Numbered from the stretch's first letter, positions 9,447-20,749 are shown. The stretch: DNA of 64,000 bases from an uncultured delta proteobacterium (GCA_963696385.1 CAVOKF010000003.1:736001-800000); one strand, 5' to 3'. The notes: a model not told the origin generated them from the sequence alone. A program made the numbers and translations.

Positions 9447-10991
9447 ATGGTCCAACAAGGTCCCAATTTCGGCGTGGATCGCGGCTTTTCGGACGAAGTC
9501 GAACCGGAAGGATTTAACCTCGAGCGTCTGATCGAACTCGGCGGGTTCATGCTTCGCGCCACGCGGCGACGAATCAAGCTTGCGCTCCTGACTTTCGTCC
9601 TCGTAGCCGCGGCGGGCGTCACCATCGCGGCTACGATGCCGAAGGCGTACGTGGCGCGGGTGAAGCTGCTCGCCCAGCGAGGGTCGGCCTTTCGAGAGCT
9701 GAGTAGCCCCCACCCGGGCATGGAGGCGGCTTACAACCCGACGAAAACGGTGGCCGCACTGATCCTGGGGCACGACAATCTGGTGGCGCTCGCCAAGGAT
9801 TCGAACCTCGTCGAGCGGTTTGAAGCGACGCGTTCGCCTGCCCTGCGGCTCAAGGACCGTCTCATGAGCCGGCTTTTCTCGCCGCCCTCCGCGGAGGACA
9901 GACTCCTGGGAATGGTTTACACGCTCGAGAAGCAGGTGGATGTGACACTCGACGAAGCGAACGTCACGATCACGGTCGAGTGGCCGAACCCGCAAATCGC
10001 GTACGACCTCGTCACACTTGTGCAGAAAAACTTCCTCGAAGCGCGCTACGACAGCGACGTTGCCGAGATCAACGACAGCCTGAGCGTCCTCGAAGACCAC
10101 GCGAAAACAGAGCTGGGGCACGTCGACGCGAAACTCGACGAGTATCAGAAGATCGAAGACGACAGGGCCGCGCGCCGTCGCGCTGCGGAAAAGCCCACGG
10201 CGGCCTCGCAAGTCTTCGTGATGCCTAGCCCCCGGAGCGGCGTTGGCGCTCAATCGTCTTTGCCGACCGATCCCGAACCCGCAAAAGCCCTGGAACAAGT
10301 CAGGCACCACATTCGCTCCCTCGAGGACGACCGGCAGCGCGAGGTGGACTCGGTGAGACAGCAGCTCATGCAGGCACAGCTGACGCTTACGCCCATGCAC
10401 CCGACCGTGATCGCGCTGCAACAGCAGCTCGCGGTCCTCAACCAACCGTCCCCGGAACTCACGCAACTCAGAGCGGACGAGCGCTCGGTCATGGCGCAGA
10501 TTGCGCCGCCGTTGCCGACGCTACCGAGCGTCTCAGTTCCGTCCGCCCCGGCGGCGGCTCCACCGTCGGGAACGAACGGCCTGGGCCTCTTGGCCGCAAG
10601 CGGACCTTCGGACGCGGGCGAGTCCGCTTCAAAGCCCCGCCTCGGGTCCGACAAGGACGCCAAAGTCGAGTTGGCGGAGAGCGAACTGTCGTCGGCGATA
10701 CGAGCCTACGAGGACGTGTTGTCTCGCATCGATTCGGCCAAGGTCGAGCTCGACATCACGCGCGCGGGCTACAAGCATCGCTACACGGTCATCGCTCCCC
10801 CCGAGGTGCCACGGACCCCCAAGAAGGCCACCGCACGGGCTCTTGGCGCCGCGTCGATCATTTTTGCTGCGCTTCTCGCTATTTTGTTGGCGACGGGCTT
10901 GGACATGCTGCCCGGAAAGATCATCGAGCCGTGGCAGGTTCGGCGACGTCTGAAGCTCGACGTCATCGGCGAACTCGATAATCCTTCGTAA
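9447..10991 (+). CDS. Polysaccharide co-polymerase (Wzc/Wzz-like, no fused kinase; EpsV-like)
   Basis: Two TM helices flanking a long coiled-coil; LTPMHPTVIAL motif; VIAPPEVP before TM2; short cytoplasmic tail. Confidence 0.85.
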   Translation: MVQQGPNFGVDRGFSDEVEPEGFNLERLIELGGFMLRATRRRIKLALLTFVLVAAAGVTIAATMPKAYVARVKLLAQRGSAFRELSSPHPGMEAAYNPTKTVAALILGHDNLVALAKDSNLVERFEATRSPALRLKDRLMSRLFSPPSAEDRLLGMVYTLEKQVDVTLDEANVTITVEWPNPQIAYDLVTLVQKNFLEARYDSDVAEINDSLSVLEDHAKTELGHVDAKLDEYQKIEDDRAARRRAAEKPTAASQVFVMPSPRSGVGAQSSLPTDPEPAKALEQVRHHIRSLEDDRQREVDSVRQQLMQAQLTLTPMHPTVIALQQQLAVLNQPSPELTQLRADERSVMAQIAPPLPTLPSVSVPSAPAAAPPSGTNGLGLLAASGPSDAGESASKPRLGSDKDAKVELAESELSSAIRAYEDVLSRIDSAKVELDITRAGYKHRYTVIAPPEVPRTPKKATARALGAASIIFAALLAILLATGLDMLPGKIIEPWQVRRRLKLDVIGELDNPS

Positions 10992-11091
10992 GGCGCGGGC
11001 GGTGCTCGACTCGTCCGGAGGACCCGTGTAAGAGTTGGTTTGGGCTCGGTGTTTCGCATACCGAGGACAAGACGCTCGTGACGAGGTTCGC

Positions 11092-11610
11092 GTGAAGGCT
11101 GATCAGGCTCCCTCGACAGCCCTGGTGCCGTTGGGTTCGCACCAGTCGGTGAACGTCTGGGACGACGTTCGCCTGCAGAAGCTTTGGCTCGGCGTAGAGC
11201 GGCGTGAATGGCGGTCGCTTGCCGTCATCAGCGCGAGCAAATCGGTCGAGACCATCCAGATCGCTGAACTGCTCGCACAACTCGCCTGGCGGTACCGCGG
11301 TCAGCCGTCCGGGGTTTGCGACTTGCGCGACCTCAGCATGCGCCTCATCGACTACGAGGTTCAGGAGATGCGCGCTCGCCTCGACGAGGGCATGAGGCTC
11401 GTGGTCGCCCTGCGATCGATTTTCGAAAATCCCACGTCGAGCTCGATTGCCAAACAGACGGACGCTGTCGTCCTGTGTATCGCCCTCGGCGAGACGAATT
11501 TCAAAGCTGCCGAAGAGACCATCGCGGCGGTCGGACGCGAGCGCGTCGTCGGATCCATCATTTTGCGACCTCGCCTCGCGAAACGCCGGACTCTGGTGAA
11601 CGGTCGATGA
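11092..11610 (+). CDS. Stand-alone BY-kinase-like (pseudokinase) partner of the PCP
   Basis: QKLW...WRSLAVISA, DAVVLCIALGET, VVGSII resemble the CapB/Wzc kinase fold but lack GxGKS/T; adjacent to the PCP gene. Confidence 0.65.
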   Translation: MKADQAPSTALVPLGSHQSVNVWDDVRLQKLWLGVERREWRSLAVISASKSVETIQIAELLAQLAWRYRGQPSGVCDLRDLSMRLIDYEVQEMRARLDEGMRLVVALRSIFENPTSSSIAKQTDAVVLCIALGETNFKAAEETIAAVGRERVVGSIILRPRLAKRRTLVNGR

Positions 11611-13755
11611 CGGCGGCCCCATTCCGCACGTCGTCGCGCCGGATTGGAAGAACTTGGGGGGTTGCAGCCCTGGGCATCCTGTGCGCGGCTTGCCCCGAAA
11701 CCCCGACGCGCACACCCGACGTAGCCCCGAGCAAGGCGCCGGAGCGGTGGGAGGTCGCCGAGTCGGCGTACGACGGCGCGATCAAGGCCGGGTGGCAAGA
11801 GTCCGGCTCGGCACCCAGAGACCTGAGCGCGGCCGGTCCGGCGAAGATCCACTTCGGTACCTCGGGCGAATGGGTGCTCACCAATCCCGGGCTCGACGGT
11901 CACTACAGCGGGCTGCTCTTTCGCGTCAAGGAGCCGGCCGGCGAAGGGGAGTTTCTGCAGGTTCGCCTTGGCTCGGACGATCGGCGCACCTTCCCCAACA
12001 TTAAGCTGAAGCCTGATCACCGCACGGAGATCGGCGACGGCTGGGCGCAAGTGTTCGTCCCGATGTCGGAGCTGAATCCAGCCGGAGCGCGGTTCGACCG
12101 CCTCATCTTCCAGCCCTTTCGGCCCTTCGCGGACGAGTGGGTGCCGATCGACGGCGTCGGGCTCGCCAAGGCCTCGGTCCCACCGAGCGTGGTCCAGGCT
12201 ACCGGTACCGCCAGCAGCAGCGCCGCTGCACCGAACGGCCGGCGGGTGCGATCTCGGATCGCCTGCGAGACAAAGGCCACCAAGATCAGCCCGTACATCT
12301 ACGGCATCGCCTTCGGCGACGACGGCTGGGACAGGATGCGCGTTACCGCTCGGCGCTGGGGCGGCAATCCGACGACTCGTTACAACTGGGAGACCCACTT
12401 CTCGAATGCGGCCCAGGATTGGTTCTTCGAGAATCGTTCCGGCGGTCCTTACACCGAATTTCTGTCGAGCAGCGCCGCGCATCAGGCCGCCTCCGCGCTC
12501 ACGATTCCGATGATCGGCTGGGTCGCAAAAGACGGAACGTCGTATTCGTTTCCGGTATCGGTGTTCGGGCCCCAGAACAAGACGGACCCGTGGCGTCTGG
12601 ATGCCGGCAACGGAGTCAGTCCATCCGGCGCGAACATCGCGCCTGGACCCCCCACTCGAACCAGTTCGCAAGCTCCCCCGGATTGGGCCAAGCGCTGGGT
12701 CGCGACCATCCGCGCGAACGACGCCAAGGCGGGAAGGCGGAGCGTTTACGAGTACATTCTCGACAACGAGCCGATGCTTTGGCACGCCACGCACCGCGAC
12801 GTCCATCCCGACCCAGTCGGGTACGACGAGCTCCTCGACCGCACCATTCAGTACGCGAGCGCCATCCGAGAAGGGGATTCTGACGCTCTCATCGCCGGTC
12901 CGGCCGAATGGGGATGGTCCGGCTATTTTTACTCTGCCCTGGATCTCGCTGGCGCTGGCCGCCGCGCGGACCGTCTGGCCCATGGGGACGTGCCGCTCGT
13001 GGCCTGGTACTTGCGTAAGCTCCACGAACGCGAGCAGAAGACGGGGACGCGCCTCCTGGACGTGCTCGATTTGCACTATTACCCACAGGCCTCCAACGTG
13101 TACGCAGGCGGCGTAGGAGGCTCGGACCGAGAGACCCAGCTTTTGCGGCTACGCTCCACGAGAAGTCTCTGGGATCCCACGTACGTCGACGAATCATGGA
13201 TCAAGGATACGATTCGCCTCTTGCCGCGAATGAGAGAATGGGTCGACACGAACTATCCTGGCAGAGGGATATCGATCGGCGAGTGGAACTTCGGCGGCGA
13301 GAAGGACATTACGGGCGCTCTCGCAACGGCCGAAGTGCTCGGGCGGTTCGCCCAGTTCGGCGTCACCTCGGCATTCTATTGGACGGCACCTCCTTGGGGC
13401 TCCCCTTCGAGCGTCGCATTCCTCGCCTATCGCAATTTCGATGGAAAAGGGGGCCATTTCCTCGACTGGTACGTCCCAACGACCTCCCCAGAGGGGGTAT
13501 CGCTCTTCGCCTCGCGAGATTCGGAGGGGAAGCACGTCGTCGTCGTGGCCATCAACATGTCGCCCAGTGCGCCGGTCGTCGCCGATCTCGGATCTGATCG
13601 GCTGCGGGACGATCACCTCTTGGCAGACCTACGTGTACGCCAGCGGCTCCCCGGGACTCGCGCTTCAAGCGAGCTCGGTGCCGGATGCCGGGGCCGCGGC
13701 CGAATGGCCGCTGCCCCCGTGGTCGATCGCAGTCCTCGACATCCACCTGCGATAG
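11607..13755 (+). CDS. Glycoside hydrolase family 44 lipoprotein; +1 frameshift near 13590 in the extreme C-terminus
   Basis: RWGGNPTTRYNWE, LDNEPMLW..THRDVHP, GPAEWGW, LDVLDLHYYPQ, RSLWDPTYVDESWI, IGEWNFGG; ATGA overlap with the upstream stop; a natural C-terminus (LPPWSIAVLDI) lies in another frame ending at 13755. Confidence 0.88.
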
Positions 13756-13770
13756 GGGGGCGTTAGCCAT

Positions 13771-14703
13771 ATGGTTGCAAGACGGCTTCGGACGGCTCCC
13801 CTTGCTCTTGTCCTGCTGCGTTTGAGCCTTGGCTGCGAACAAGGCCACCCCAGTGCGACGCCGTCCTCCCCCGGCTCCTCCCAGGGCGCGTCCTCCTCCG
13901 GTTCCGGCTCCTCGCAGGGCGCGGCCTCCTCCGGCTCCTCCAAGAATGCCTTCTCCGACGCCGCATCCCAGAGCGTCGCAAGTGGTGCAAACGTGATTTT
14001 CTCGGACGATTTTGCGAGCTCGACGTTGAGTGCGAGCTGGATCGCCCTCAGCCGGCACGGCGACTACGGCAACAATGAACTCCAATGCTATGTGCCCGCC
14101 GCCGCGTCTCTGACCGGCGGGGGCTTGGCGATCGAGTCACTGGCCGCCACCCAGACCTGCGGCGACTCAACGCACGCACCAACTCCCTCGGCCTACACCT
14201 CGGGCATGATCCAGTGGACCAACTTTCACTTTACGTACGGAACGGTGGCATTCAAGGCCAAGATGGCCGGTGGCCAAGGCACTTGGCCGGCCATCTGGCT
14301 CCTGGGGGCAAACTGCCAGGCTTCGAACGTGTTAACATCCGACAACGTCGGAAGCTGCGACTGGCCAACCCCCGGCTCGGACGAAATTGATATCACCGAG
14401 ATAGTTAATAGCGATCACGTGCACGTGAACCAGGCGTTGCACAGCGGCGCCACCAACACCAACTGCACGGCATCCACCACGGACGTAACCCAAAATTTTC
14501 ACGTGTACCGCCTCGTGTGGACCGCTCGGTCGCTCGTGTGGTCCATCGACGGAGCCGAGACCTGTACATTTTCGACCGGAGTCCCGTCGACGCCGATGTT
14601 CGTCATCATCAACACAGCTCTCGGCGGAGTAGGGGGCCCCGTGAGTTCCTCTACCCTGCCCCAAACCATGAACGTCGATTACATTACGGTGACCCAGCCA
14701 TGA
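13771..14703 (+). CDS. Glycoside hydrolase family 16 (laminarinase-like) lipoprotein
   Basis: Lipobox SLGC, Ser-rich linker, GNNELQCY, YTSG, GTWPAIWLLG, catalytic EIDITE, FHVYRLVW. Confidence 0.9.
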   Translation: MVARRLRTAPLALVLLRLSLGCEQGHPSATPSSPGSSQGASSSGSGSSQGAASSGSSKNAFSDAASQSVASGANVIFSDDFASSTLSASWIALSRHGDYGNNELQCYVPAAASLTGGGLAIESLAATQTCGDSTHAPTPSAYTSGMIQWTNFHFTYGTVAFKAKMAGGQGTWPAIWLLGANCQASNVLTSDNVGSCDWPTPGSDEIDITEIVNSDHVHVNQALHSGATNTNCTASTTDVTQNFHVYRLVWTARSLVWSIDGAETCTFSTGVPSTPMFVIINTALGGVGGPVSSSTLPQTMNVDYITVTQP

Positions 14704-14723
14704 TGGCATCGCGCGCCGCGCGT

Positions 14724-15725
14724 CTACCTGCCCAAGACACTTTTCGCAACCGCAAATCCTCGCGCACCGAGCGCCGCGCGAAGCGCTGAAATCCACAGCA
14801 TCCTCGAGCGCAGTGCACCCAGGGGTGCCTCCAGCGCCGTGGCCAACACGCGGTAGGCGGCCAGCCTTCGGCTGCGATGCGCGGCTTCGTTCACCGCATA
14901 GGCCTCAAAATGCGAGACGAAGGCTCGATCCTGCATGCCTCCGGTCCCGAGCCCGCGCCGCGCCCCTTTCGCGCACGCCTCGCTCAATATGGCCCTCACT
15001 TCCTTCGCGTTCCGGCGAATGCCCGCAAGCGCGACAGACATCTGTTGCCCGTGAACGCGGTAGCCATACAGAGCGAGCGGCGTGTACGCGAATCCACCTT
15101 CGATGGCGAGATCAAGCCACATCGCCAGATCCAGCGCCATCGCGATGTCGCGCCGATATCCACCGCACGCCCGATACGGCGCGGCCCGAATCATCGTCCC
15201 AGAATGGACGGGCCTTGCGTGGCCGTCGAAGATCAATCTCAATGCTTGCGCTGGGCCGCGCACAGTCTCCTCGCCAAACGACCTGTCGACAGTACTCTCA
15301 TTCGGACCGATCAATTCGACGCCGGAAAAACAAAAAGCGACCTGAGGGTGCCGCCTCATCAGGTCGATCTGAGTTGCAAACGCGTCCGGTCGAACAGCGA
15401 GATCGTCGGCGGAGATCACCATGAGAAGCTCGCCGCGCGAAAGCCGCTCCGTACCCTCGATCAACGATCGGGCGAAGCCCGCGTTTTTTTCGTGCGCCAC
15501 GAGCCTGACGCGGGCATCCAATTCCGCGAATCTGCGAACGACGCTTACCGAATCATCCTTCGAGCAATCGTCAATCACGATTAGTTCGAAATCTGAAAAG
15601 CTCTGCGCTAAAATGGATTCTATGCATCCCTTCAAGTAGCGCTCGTAATTGTAATTCAGAACGACGACTGAAAGGGTCGGCGTCGTCTCGCTTTTTCCAT
15701 TCACGTCTCGGTCCGTTTCCGTCAT
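14724..15725 (-). CDS. Glycosyltransferase family 2
   Basis: SVVVLNYNYERYL, ELIVIDDCSKD, ISADD. Confidence 0.9.
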   Translation of the reverse strand: MTETDRDVNGKSETTPTLSVVVLNYNYERYLKGCIESILAQSFSDFELIVIDDCSKDDSVSVVRRFAELDARVRLVAHEKNAGFARSLIEGTERLSRGELLMVISADDLAVRPDAFATQIDLMRRHPQVAFCFSGVELIGPNESTVDRSFGEETVRGPAQALRLIFDGHARPVHSGTMIRAAPYRACGGYRRDIAMALDLAMWLDLAIEGGFAYTPLALYGYRVHGQQMSVALAGIRRNAKEVRAILSEACAKGARRGLGTGGMQDRAFVSHFEAYAVNEAAHRSRRLAAYRVLATALEAPLGALRSRMLWISALRAALGARGFAVAKSVLGR

Positions 15726-15817
15726 GGCCCCCACATGGTTCGCATCGTCGCTGGACTCGGACGCACCGCGTGCGACCGGCGGACGACTGCCCGAAAGGTC
15801 AGGGCAAGAGCCAGGCA

Positions 15818-16615
15818 TCAATACCACTCCTCCCAACGATCGAAGACGCCGGTCATCAGCGCGGTGAAGATCAAATCTCCGTCGAAGCGCGTGACGAACG
15901 TGCGCGGAATCGTTCCGACTGGACGGGTTTCCTCCGCCTGAGCGTACACGACTTCGTACCCCACTTGGCGAGCTGCTTGCGCCGCTGAGGCCGGCCAGTT
16001 CAGCGATTGTCCGAAGGGTATCGCAAAGGTCTCCACCTTGATACCCAATCGATCTTCAATGACGCGTCTCGACGACCCCAATTCATCCATGATCCGAGGC
16101 AAGTCGAGATGTGTGAAGTCCGGATGGGTGGCCGAATGACTGCCGACTTCGACCCCCGCGGCGATCAGACGCTCAAGGTCCCGCCAACCGAGAAACACGT
16201 CATCGCCCCAAGGTCCCTTGCCGTCCGACCAATCCGAAACCACAAACAGCGACCATGGTATATTGTAGTCGGCTAGAATCGGCGCGGCGTTGCACATGAC
16301 GCTGCGGAGCCCGTCGTCGAAGGTAATCGCCACGTCCTTGGGGCCGCCGCCATCGCGCGCCAGATCCGAAGCGGGAACGAACCGCAGCCCAGCGCCAAGA
16401 GCCAGTTCGATGTGCCGTCTGAAGTGAGCCGGGCTGACGTCGTTCACGCCAAAGAGCGGCTGACCGACCGAATGGTAACAAAGAATCCTCCCGACTTTTC
16501 GTTCTCGCCGCCTACCCCACAAGGCCAGGGCATTGCGCTCGCAATACATCCGAGCGCTGGCCACATGCTGTCGCCGGAGACCCGTTTTACGAATCAGACC
16601 CGTCAATGTCTGCAT
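15818..16615 (-). CDS. Polysaccharide deacetylase (CE4/NodB family)
   Basis: ILCYHSV, AITFDDG, EVGSHSATH, FAIPFG. Confidence 0.9.
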   Translation of the reverse strand: MQTLTGLIRKTGLRRQHVASARMYCERNALALWGRRRERKVGRILCYHSVGQPLFGVNDVSPAHFRRHIELALGAGLRFVPASDLARDGGGPKDVAITFDDGLRSVMCNAAPILADYNIPWSLFVVSDWSDGKGPWGDDVFLGWRDLERLIAAGVEVGSHSATHPDFTHLDLPRIMDELGSSRRVIEDRLGIKVETFAIPFGQSLNWPASAAQAARQVGYEVVYAQAEETRPVGTIPRTFVTRFDGDLIFTALMTGVFDRWEEWY

Positions 16616-16642
16616 GTCGGCGCTCCCTGGCGCGGGCGGTCC

Positions 16643-17587
16643 CTAGGCATCGAGCTTTCCGGTCTCCCCCATGCGACGAAGCTTCGCACCGTCGACGTGG
16701 CCAACGTCCCCGGGGAGCCGCAGGCCATCGTAAAAGCCCTTGAGATGCGCCGCCCAATGTCGTATCCCGCGCGGTCGCTCGAGCCGGGCCATTTGAGCGA
16801 GCAATTTCCACGTCATCTCGCCGTGCTCGAGCGCGAAGTAGCCAGCGGCTCGCACGTCTCCGCGACGCACAAAGCGCCCCCAGTTCACACCGAGCCCATG
16901 GTCGTATTCGACGAAGAGTCTCAACGCATCCGAGTGCGATCGAAATCCATTGGTATGTATGACTTCGATATCGGGGTCAGCTATCCATTTGGCACCGCTT
17001 GCAAACACTTTGTAGGAGAGCGACGAGTCGTTGCTCTTTACCGCAGGGCGATTGGGCCCGAGGAGTTCATCGAAGCCGCCAATTCGACACAAAAATGCCT
17101 TGCGAGCGCTCATGTTGGCGCCCGCGCTGACCATCGCAACTCGACGTCGGCCGCGCTGTCGCTGCCAATCGAACGACGGCAGAAACTCAGGATACGATCC
17201 GCTTTGGCTCTCAGCACCTGGCGGCGCCTTCAGCTGTCCGAAGATGAACTGCAAGTTCGAATCTCGCTCGAACGCCACCAAGATGCGCTCGATCCACGTG
17301 GGCTGTGGGCAGCAGTCGTCGTCCAGAAACGCAACCAGGGGCGCCTGCGCGATCGCCGCGCCGAAATTTCGGGCAGGACACGCGCCCGGCCGCGGCATGC
17401 GGTGATGCTGAAAGCGCCCGTCCTGCATCGCCTCGACCACGTTCAAACTGTCCTTGGTGTCGCTCTGGTCCATGGCAAGAACCTGAACGTCTCGGTCCGC
17501 AGCAGCGACCCGCACGGCTTTCAGGCATTCCGCCAGATGCGTTGCGCGATTGCGGGTGGGGATAACAATCGAGATCGTCGGTGCCAT
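16643..17587 (-). CDS. Glycosyltransferase family 2
   Basis: SIVIPTRNR, DQS, ARNFGA, AFLDDDC, GGFDELLGP. Confidence 0.9.
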   Translation of the reverse strand: MAPTISIVIPTRNRATHLAECLKAVRVAAADRDVQVLAMDQSDTKDSLNVVEAMQDGRFQHHRMPRPGACPARNFGAAIAQAPLVAFLDDDCCPQPTWIERILVAFERDSNLQFIFGQLKAPPGAESQSGSYPEFLPSFDWQRQRGRRRVAMVSAGANMSARKAFLCRIGGFDELLGPNRPAVKSNDSSLSYKVFASGAKWIADPDIEVIHTNGFRSHSDALRLFVEYDHGLGVNWGRFVRRGDVRAAGYFALEHGEMTWKLLAQMARLERPRGIRHWAAHLKGFYDGLRLPGDVGHVDGAKLRRMGETGKLDA

Positions 17588-17798
17588 GGGAATGTCGCGA
17601 TTTCAGTCGCTTCGAGACAAGCCGATCGTTGGCTAGCCTAGCACGCTTACAGCCCTGTCGTCGCTCGCGAGAATCGGTCCCTCCTCACGTCCGAGAGAGC
17701 CTCCCGACCGTGGGTCACGAGCTCGCGGCGCGAGAAGGTGCCCGGGGACTGCACCCGGACGTGGTCGGCGCGAAGGAAGGGCGATGAGCGACGGGTGC

Positions 17799-19274
17799 TC
17801 ACTTGCGGTCCACCTTCCTCGACAGCGCCTCTCGCAGAAGCGCTACCTGATCTTTGCCAAGGCCGCCGACCGCCCATAGGCACAGGCCGTACGACGTCAC
17901 CGCCACGGGAGCGGCTACGAACGCCCACACGCGCGACAGCGACAGCGCCACGGCACCCATGACCCCACCGGCGACCAGACCGCGCACCATGCCGAGCGCC
18001 AGGCCACGATCGAAAATCCCCGCGGGCGCGAGCCAGACCCCTGCCACTACCATGAGCAGCTCACTCACGACGCTCGCCACACACACGCCGAGCCCGCCGT
18101 TGCCCATCCGTGACTGGAACCACGGAATGAGCAACGGATCGACCACACTACTTACAACGACGCAGAGGAACTGGGCTGCTGCCCACGCCTTTTGGCGCCC
18201 GGCAGCCAGGATCGAAATCCCAAGTGGCATGCTGACGTACATCAGCAGAAGAAAAGCAGAGAGAACGACGAGGTTCGCCTGGGCCGGACCATACGACTTT
18301 CGGCTAAAAAGCAGAATGCCGAGACCCGGATAGAGCGCACAACTGAGCGAAATGGGAATGGCGAGAACGATTGTTGCCCGAAGCGCGCTGCGGACGGTTT
18401 GCATGTAGCCCGCACGATCCCCGGCGTGCAGTCGCGACAAAGTGGGGTAAAGAGCGCCCACGATGAGGCTTGCGGGAAGAACGAGAGCGCCGATCAGCCG
18501 GCGCGCCACGGCGTGCCATCCCACCACTTCTGCTGGCGCGAGCTTCGACAGCAGGACGGCGTCGACGTTCGGTTGCAGTGCCATCGAGAAACCAAAGAGT
18601 AGAAATGGCGTGCCCTGAGTGACCAGAACCCGTAAGGCATCGCGGTCCGGTCGCAACCGTCCTACCCCGACCGACCCCAGAACGCGCGCAACGAGTAGCA
18701 ACACGATCGCTGAGGCCGCGGCTTGCGCCAAGAGCACTGCCCGGAGGCCCCCTCCGAGCCACAGCGTGGGCACAACGAATACGACGGCGAGCAACTGCTG
18801 CGCAACCTGACCGTACGCTCCGATGTCGGTTCGCTCGAACCCCCTCACCGTATCCTGGCACGCGCTCGTCAGGGTTTGAAAGAAGCATTGGGTTACGACG
18901 AGTGCCAGGACCAGTTGGAACTCGCGCGGATATCGCACGGCGGCGGAGCCCGCCGTCAACAAGCCGTAAACGACGAGTGCGACAGCAAAGCGCCAGAGCA
19001 AGGCCGTCCCGAGCAGCGCCCCGGCGCCGGAGCGATCGCGCGCGACGTTTCCGGTCAGAACGGCACCTTGACCCCATTCGACCACCAAAAATCCGAACGA
19101 GGTGAGCATCCAAGCCACGTAGATACGACCGAAGTCGCTGGCTCCCAGATAGCGAGCCATCACGGCCGTCAACAAGATCGAAAGCGGAGTCCCGACGACC
19201 TGCGCACCAAGTGAGACAAGCGTATTGCGGAGCACCAGGCGCCGTGGATTCGAGGAGACCGATTTCGCCGTCAA
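17799..19274 (-). CDS. wzx: Wzx flippase (polysaccharide biosynthesis/export)
   Basis: About 14 hydrophobic segments; LRNTL, ARYLGASDFG, NVDAVLLSKL...VVGWH, ALYPTLSRL; start uncertain (ORF to 19391). Confidence 0.9.
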   Translation of the reverse strand: MTAKSVSSNPRRLVLRNTLVSLGAQVVGTPLSILLTAVMARYLGASDFGRIYVAWMLTSFGFLVVEWGQGAVLTGNVARDRSGAGALLGTALLWRFAVALVVYGLLTAGSAAVRYPREFQLVLALVVTQCFFQTLTSACQDTVRGFERTDIGAYGQVAQQLLAVVFVVPTLWLGGGLRAVLLAQAAASAIVLLLVARVLGSVGVGRLRPDRDALRVLVTQGTPFLLFGFSMALQPNVDAVLLSKLAPAEVVGWHAVARRLIGALVLPASLIVGALYPTLSRLHAGDRAGYMQTVRSALRATIVLAIPISLSCALYPGLGILLFSRKSYGPAQANLVVLSAFLLLMYVSMPLGISILAAGRQKAWAAAQFLCVVVSSVVDPLLIPWFQSRMGNGGLGVCVASVVSELLMVVAGVWLAPAGIFDRGLALGMVRGLVAGGVMGAVALSLSRVWAFVAAPVAVTSYGLCLWAVGGLGKDQVALLREALSRKVDRK

Positions 19275-19735
19275 GAAGCCACCCCGCCCGCTGTCGTGCT
19301 CGCCCGAAACGATCTCCGATCCACCCTCATGTTCACCCGAAAGATCCCATAAGCGCATGAGCCTTGACGAGGGATTTCTTCTCTGCACCACGGCGGCTTC
19401 GGGCCGAGATCCACGACCGGATGGTCCGCCGAGCCGGCTTTCGGTTCACGCCTCCGTTGTGCATCGGACCCGACCGATCGCCCATGCACGGCCGCGCCCC
19501 GAGCAGCGTCCCGTGCCAAAAGCGGTTCGATCGCGGCATCGTGCGAGCCATCCAACGAGGAGAGGCGGAAGCGAACGACGGCCGGCGAGCCCCGGCGCCC
19601 CCGTGCCGCATTTGAACCCAACCCCGGCCCACCTTGAAGTATCCTGAAGGCCCTTTTCCGCGAGCCGCGCACCCCCGCGCGCCGCGAGATGTCATCCATC
19701 CCAGACGCATCGAGATCTGCGAAACCACGAAGCAC

Positions 19736-20608
19736 ATGGACATCTCTTTGGTGATATGCACGCGGAATCGCGCCTCTCAGCTCTCCGAAGCCTTGCGTCG
19801 ACTGGAGCGAATCGAGTCCGAAATACCCTGGGAGCTTGTCATCGTCGACAATGGATCGACCGACTCGACGGCCTCCGTTCTTCGGGAATTCCAATCGCGA
19901 GGCGGCTTGCGCGCCCGCGCGATCCTGGTTTTCGAAGGGCATCCCGGGCTCGGGCGCGCACGGAACACAGGCTGGAGAAAGGCGTCCGGGAAGATCATCG
20001 CGTTTTCCGACGACGACTGCTATCCGCAAGAGGACTACATCAGTCGTATGGTGGAGTGCTTTGCAGAGCGCGAGGTCGGATTCATCGGCGGGCGGGTGCT
20101 CTTGTTCGACAACACCGACATTCGGTTGACCATCCAGGAGCTGGGCGAACGAGTTGACCTTTTGCCGAGAACGTTCATCCGGGCGGGCCTGATTCAGGGC
20201 GCGAATTTTGCCGTGCGACGGGAGGTTCTCGAAGCCATCGGCGGATTCGACGATCGCTTCGGTGCGGGGACTCCGTTCGCATGCGAGGACGTCGACTTGC
20301 TTGCTCGCGCTTCGGCGCTCGGGTGGAAGGGCGCGTACGATCCACGGCCGGTCGTTTATCACCATCATGGTCGCAAATCGTGGCGATTCGAGGGTCGACG
20401 ACTCCTGAAGACATACGATATCGCGCGCGGAGCCTACTACACGAAGACGATACTCAATCGGCCCATGTCGCGCGTCTACCTACTCCGTTGGCTGGACTTG
20501 ATGACGAAGCAGAGTCCATTTCGCACCTTCCGCGAACTGGTGGGCGGCCTTCGGTTCCTTGTGGCTGAGTTCGCGTCGCATCAGGAGACCGGGGTCCCCA
20601 GGTCCTGA
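19736..20608 (+). CDS. Glycosyltransferase family 2
   Basis: MDISLVICTRNR, ELVIVDNGSTD, ARNTG, AFSDDDC, GANFAVRR, GGFDDRFGAG, EDVD. Confidence 0.92.
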   Translation: MDISLVICTRNRASQLSEALRRLERIESEIPWELVIVDNGSTDSTASVLREFQSRGGLRARAILVFEGHPGLGRARNTGWRKASGKIIAFSDDDCYPQEDYISRMVECFAEREVGFIGGRVLLFDNTDIRLTIQELGERVDLLPRTFIRAGLIQGANFAVRREVLEAIGGFDDRFGAGTPFACEDVDLLARASALGWKGAYDPRPVVYHHHGRKSWRFEGRRLLKTYDIARGAYYTKTILNRPMSRVYLLRWLDLMTKQSPFRTFRELVGGLRFLVAEFASHQETGVPRS

Positions 20609-20749
20609 GCAACGCCGTTTCCTGAACCGTGGCGATCGGGCGGGGCCCTTCCCAAGCTCGAGTCCCGGATGCGGCCGGTGTCCTGTGGGCGGGCGCAAGC
20701 CCACCCGAATGATGGGTCGGCGCCACGCCCCGGGCGGGCGCCCTCCTGC

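Noticed and set aside
11361..13076. Long antisense or alternative-frame ORFs (also 9387-10466, 16412-17641, 26198-27502, 29220-30629 and others)
   Set aside because: Shadow ORFs expected in high-GC DNA opposite well-supported genes; Arg/Ala-rich with no recognisable motifs
13855..13945. TCC-rich low-complexity repeat
   Set aside because: It simply encodes the Ser/Gly linker of the GH16 lipoprotein
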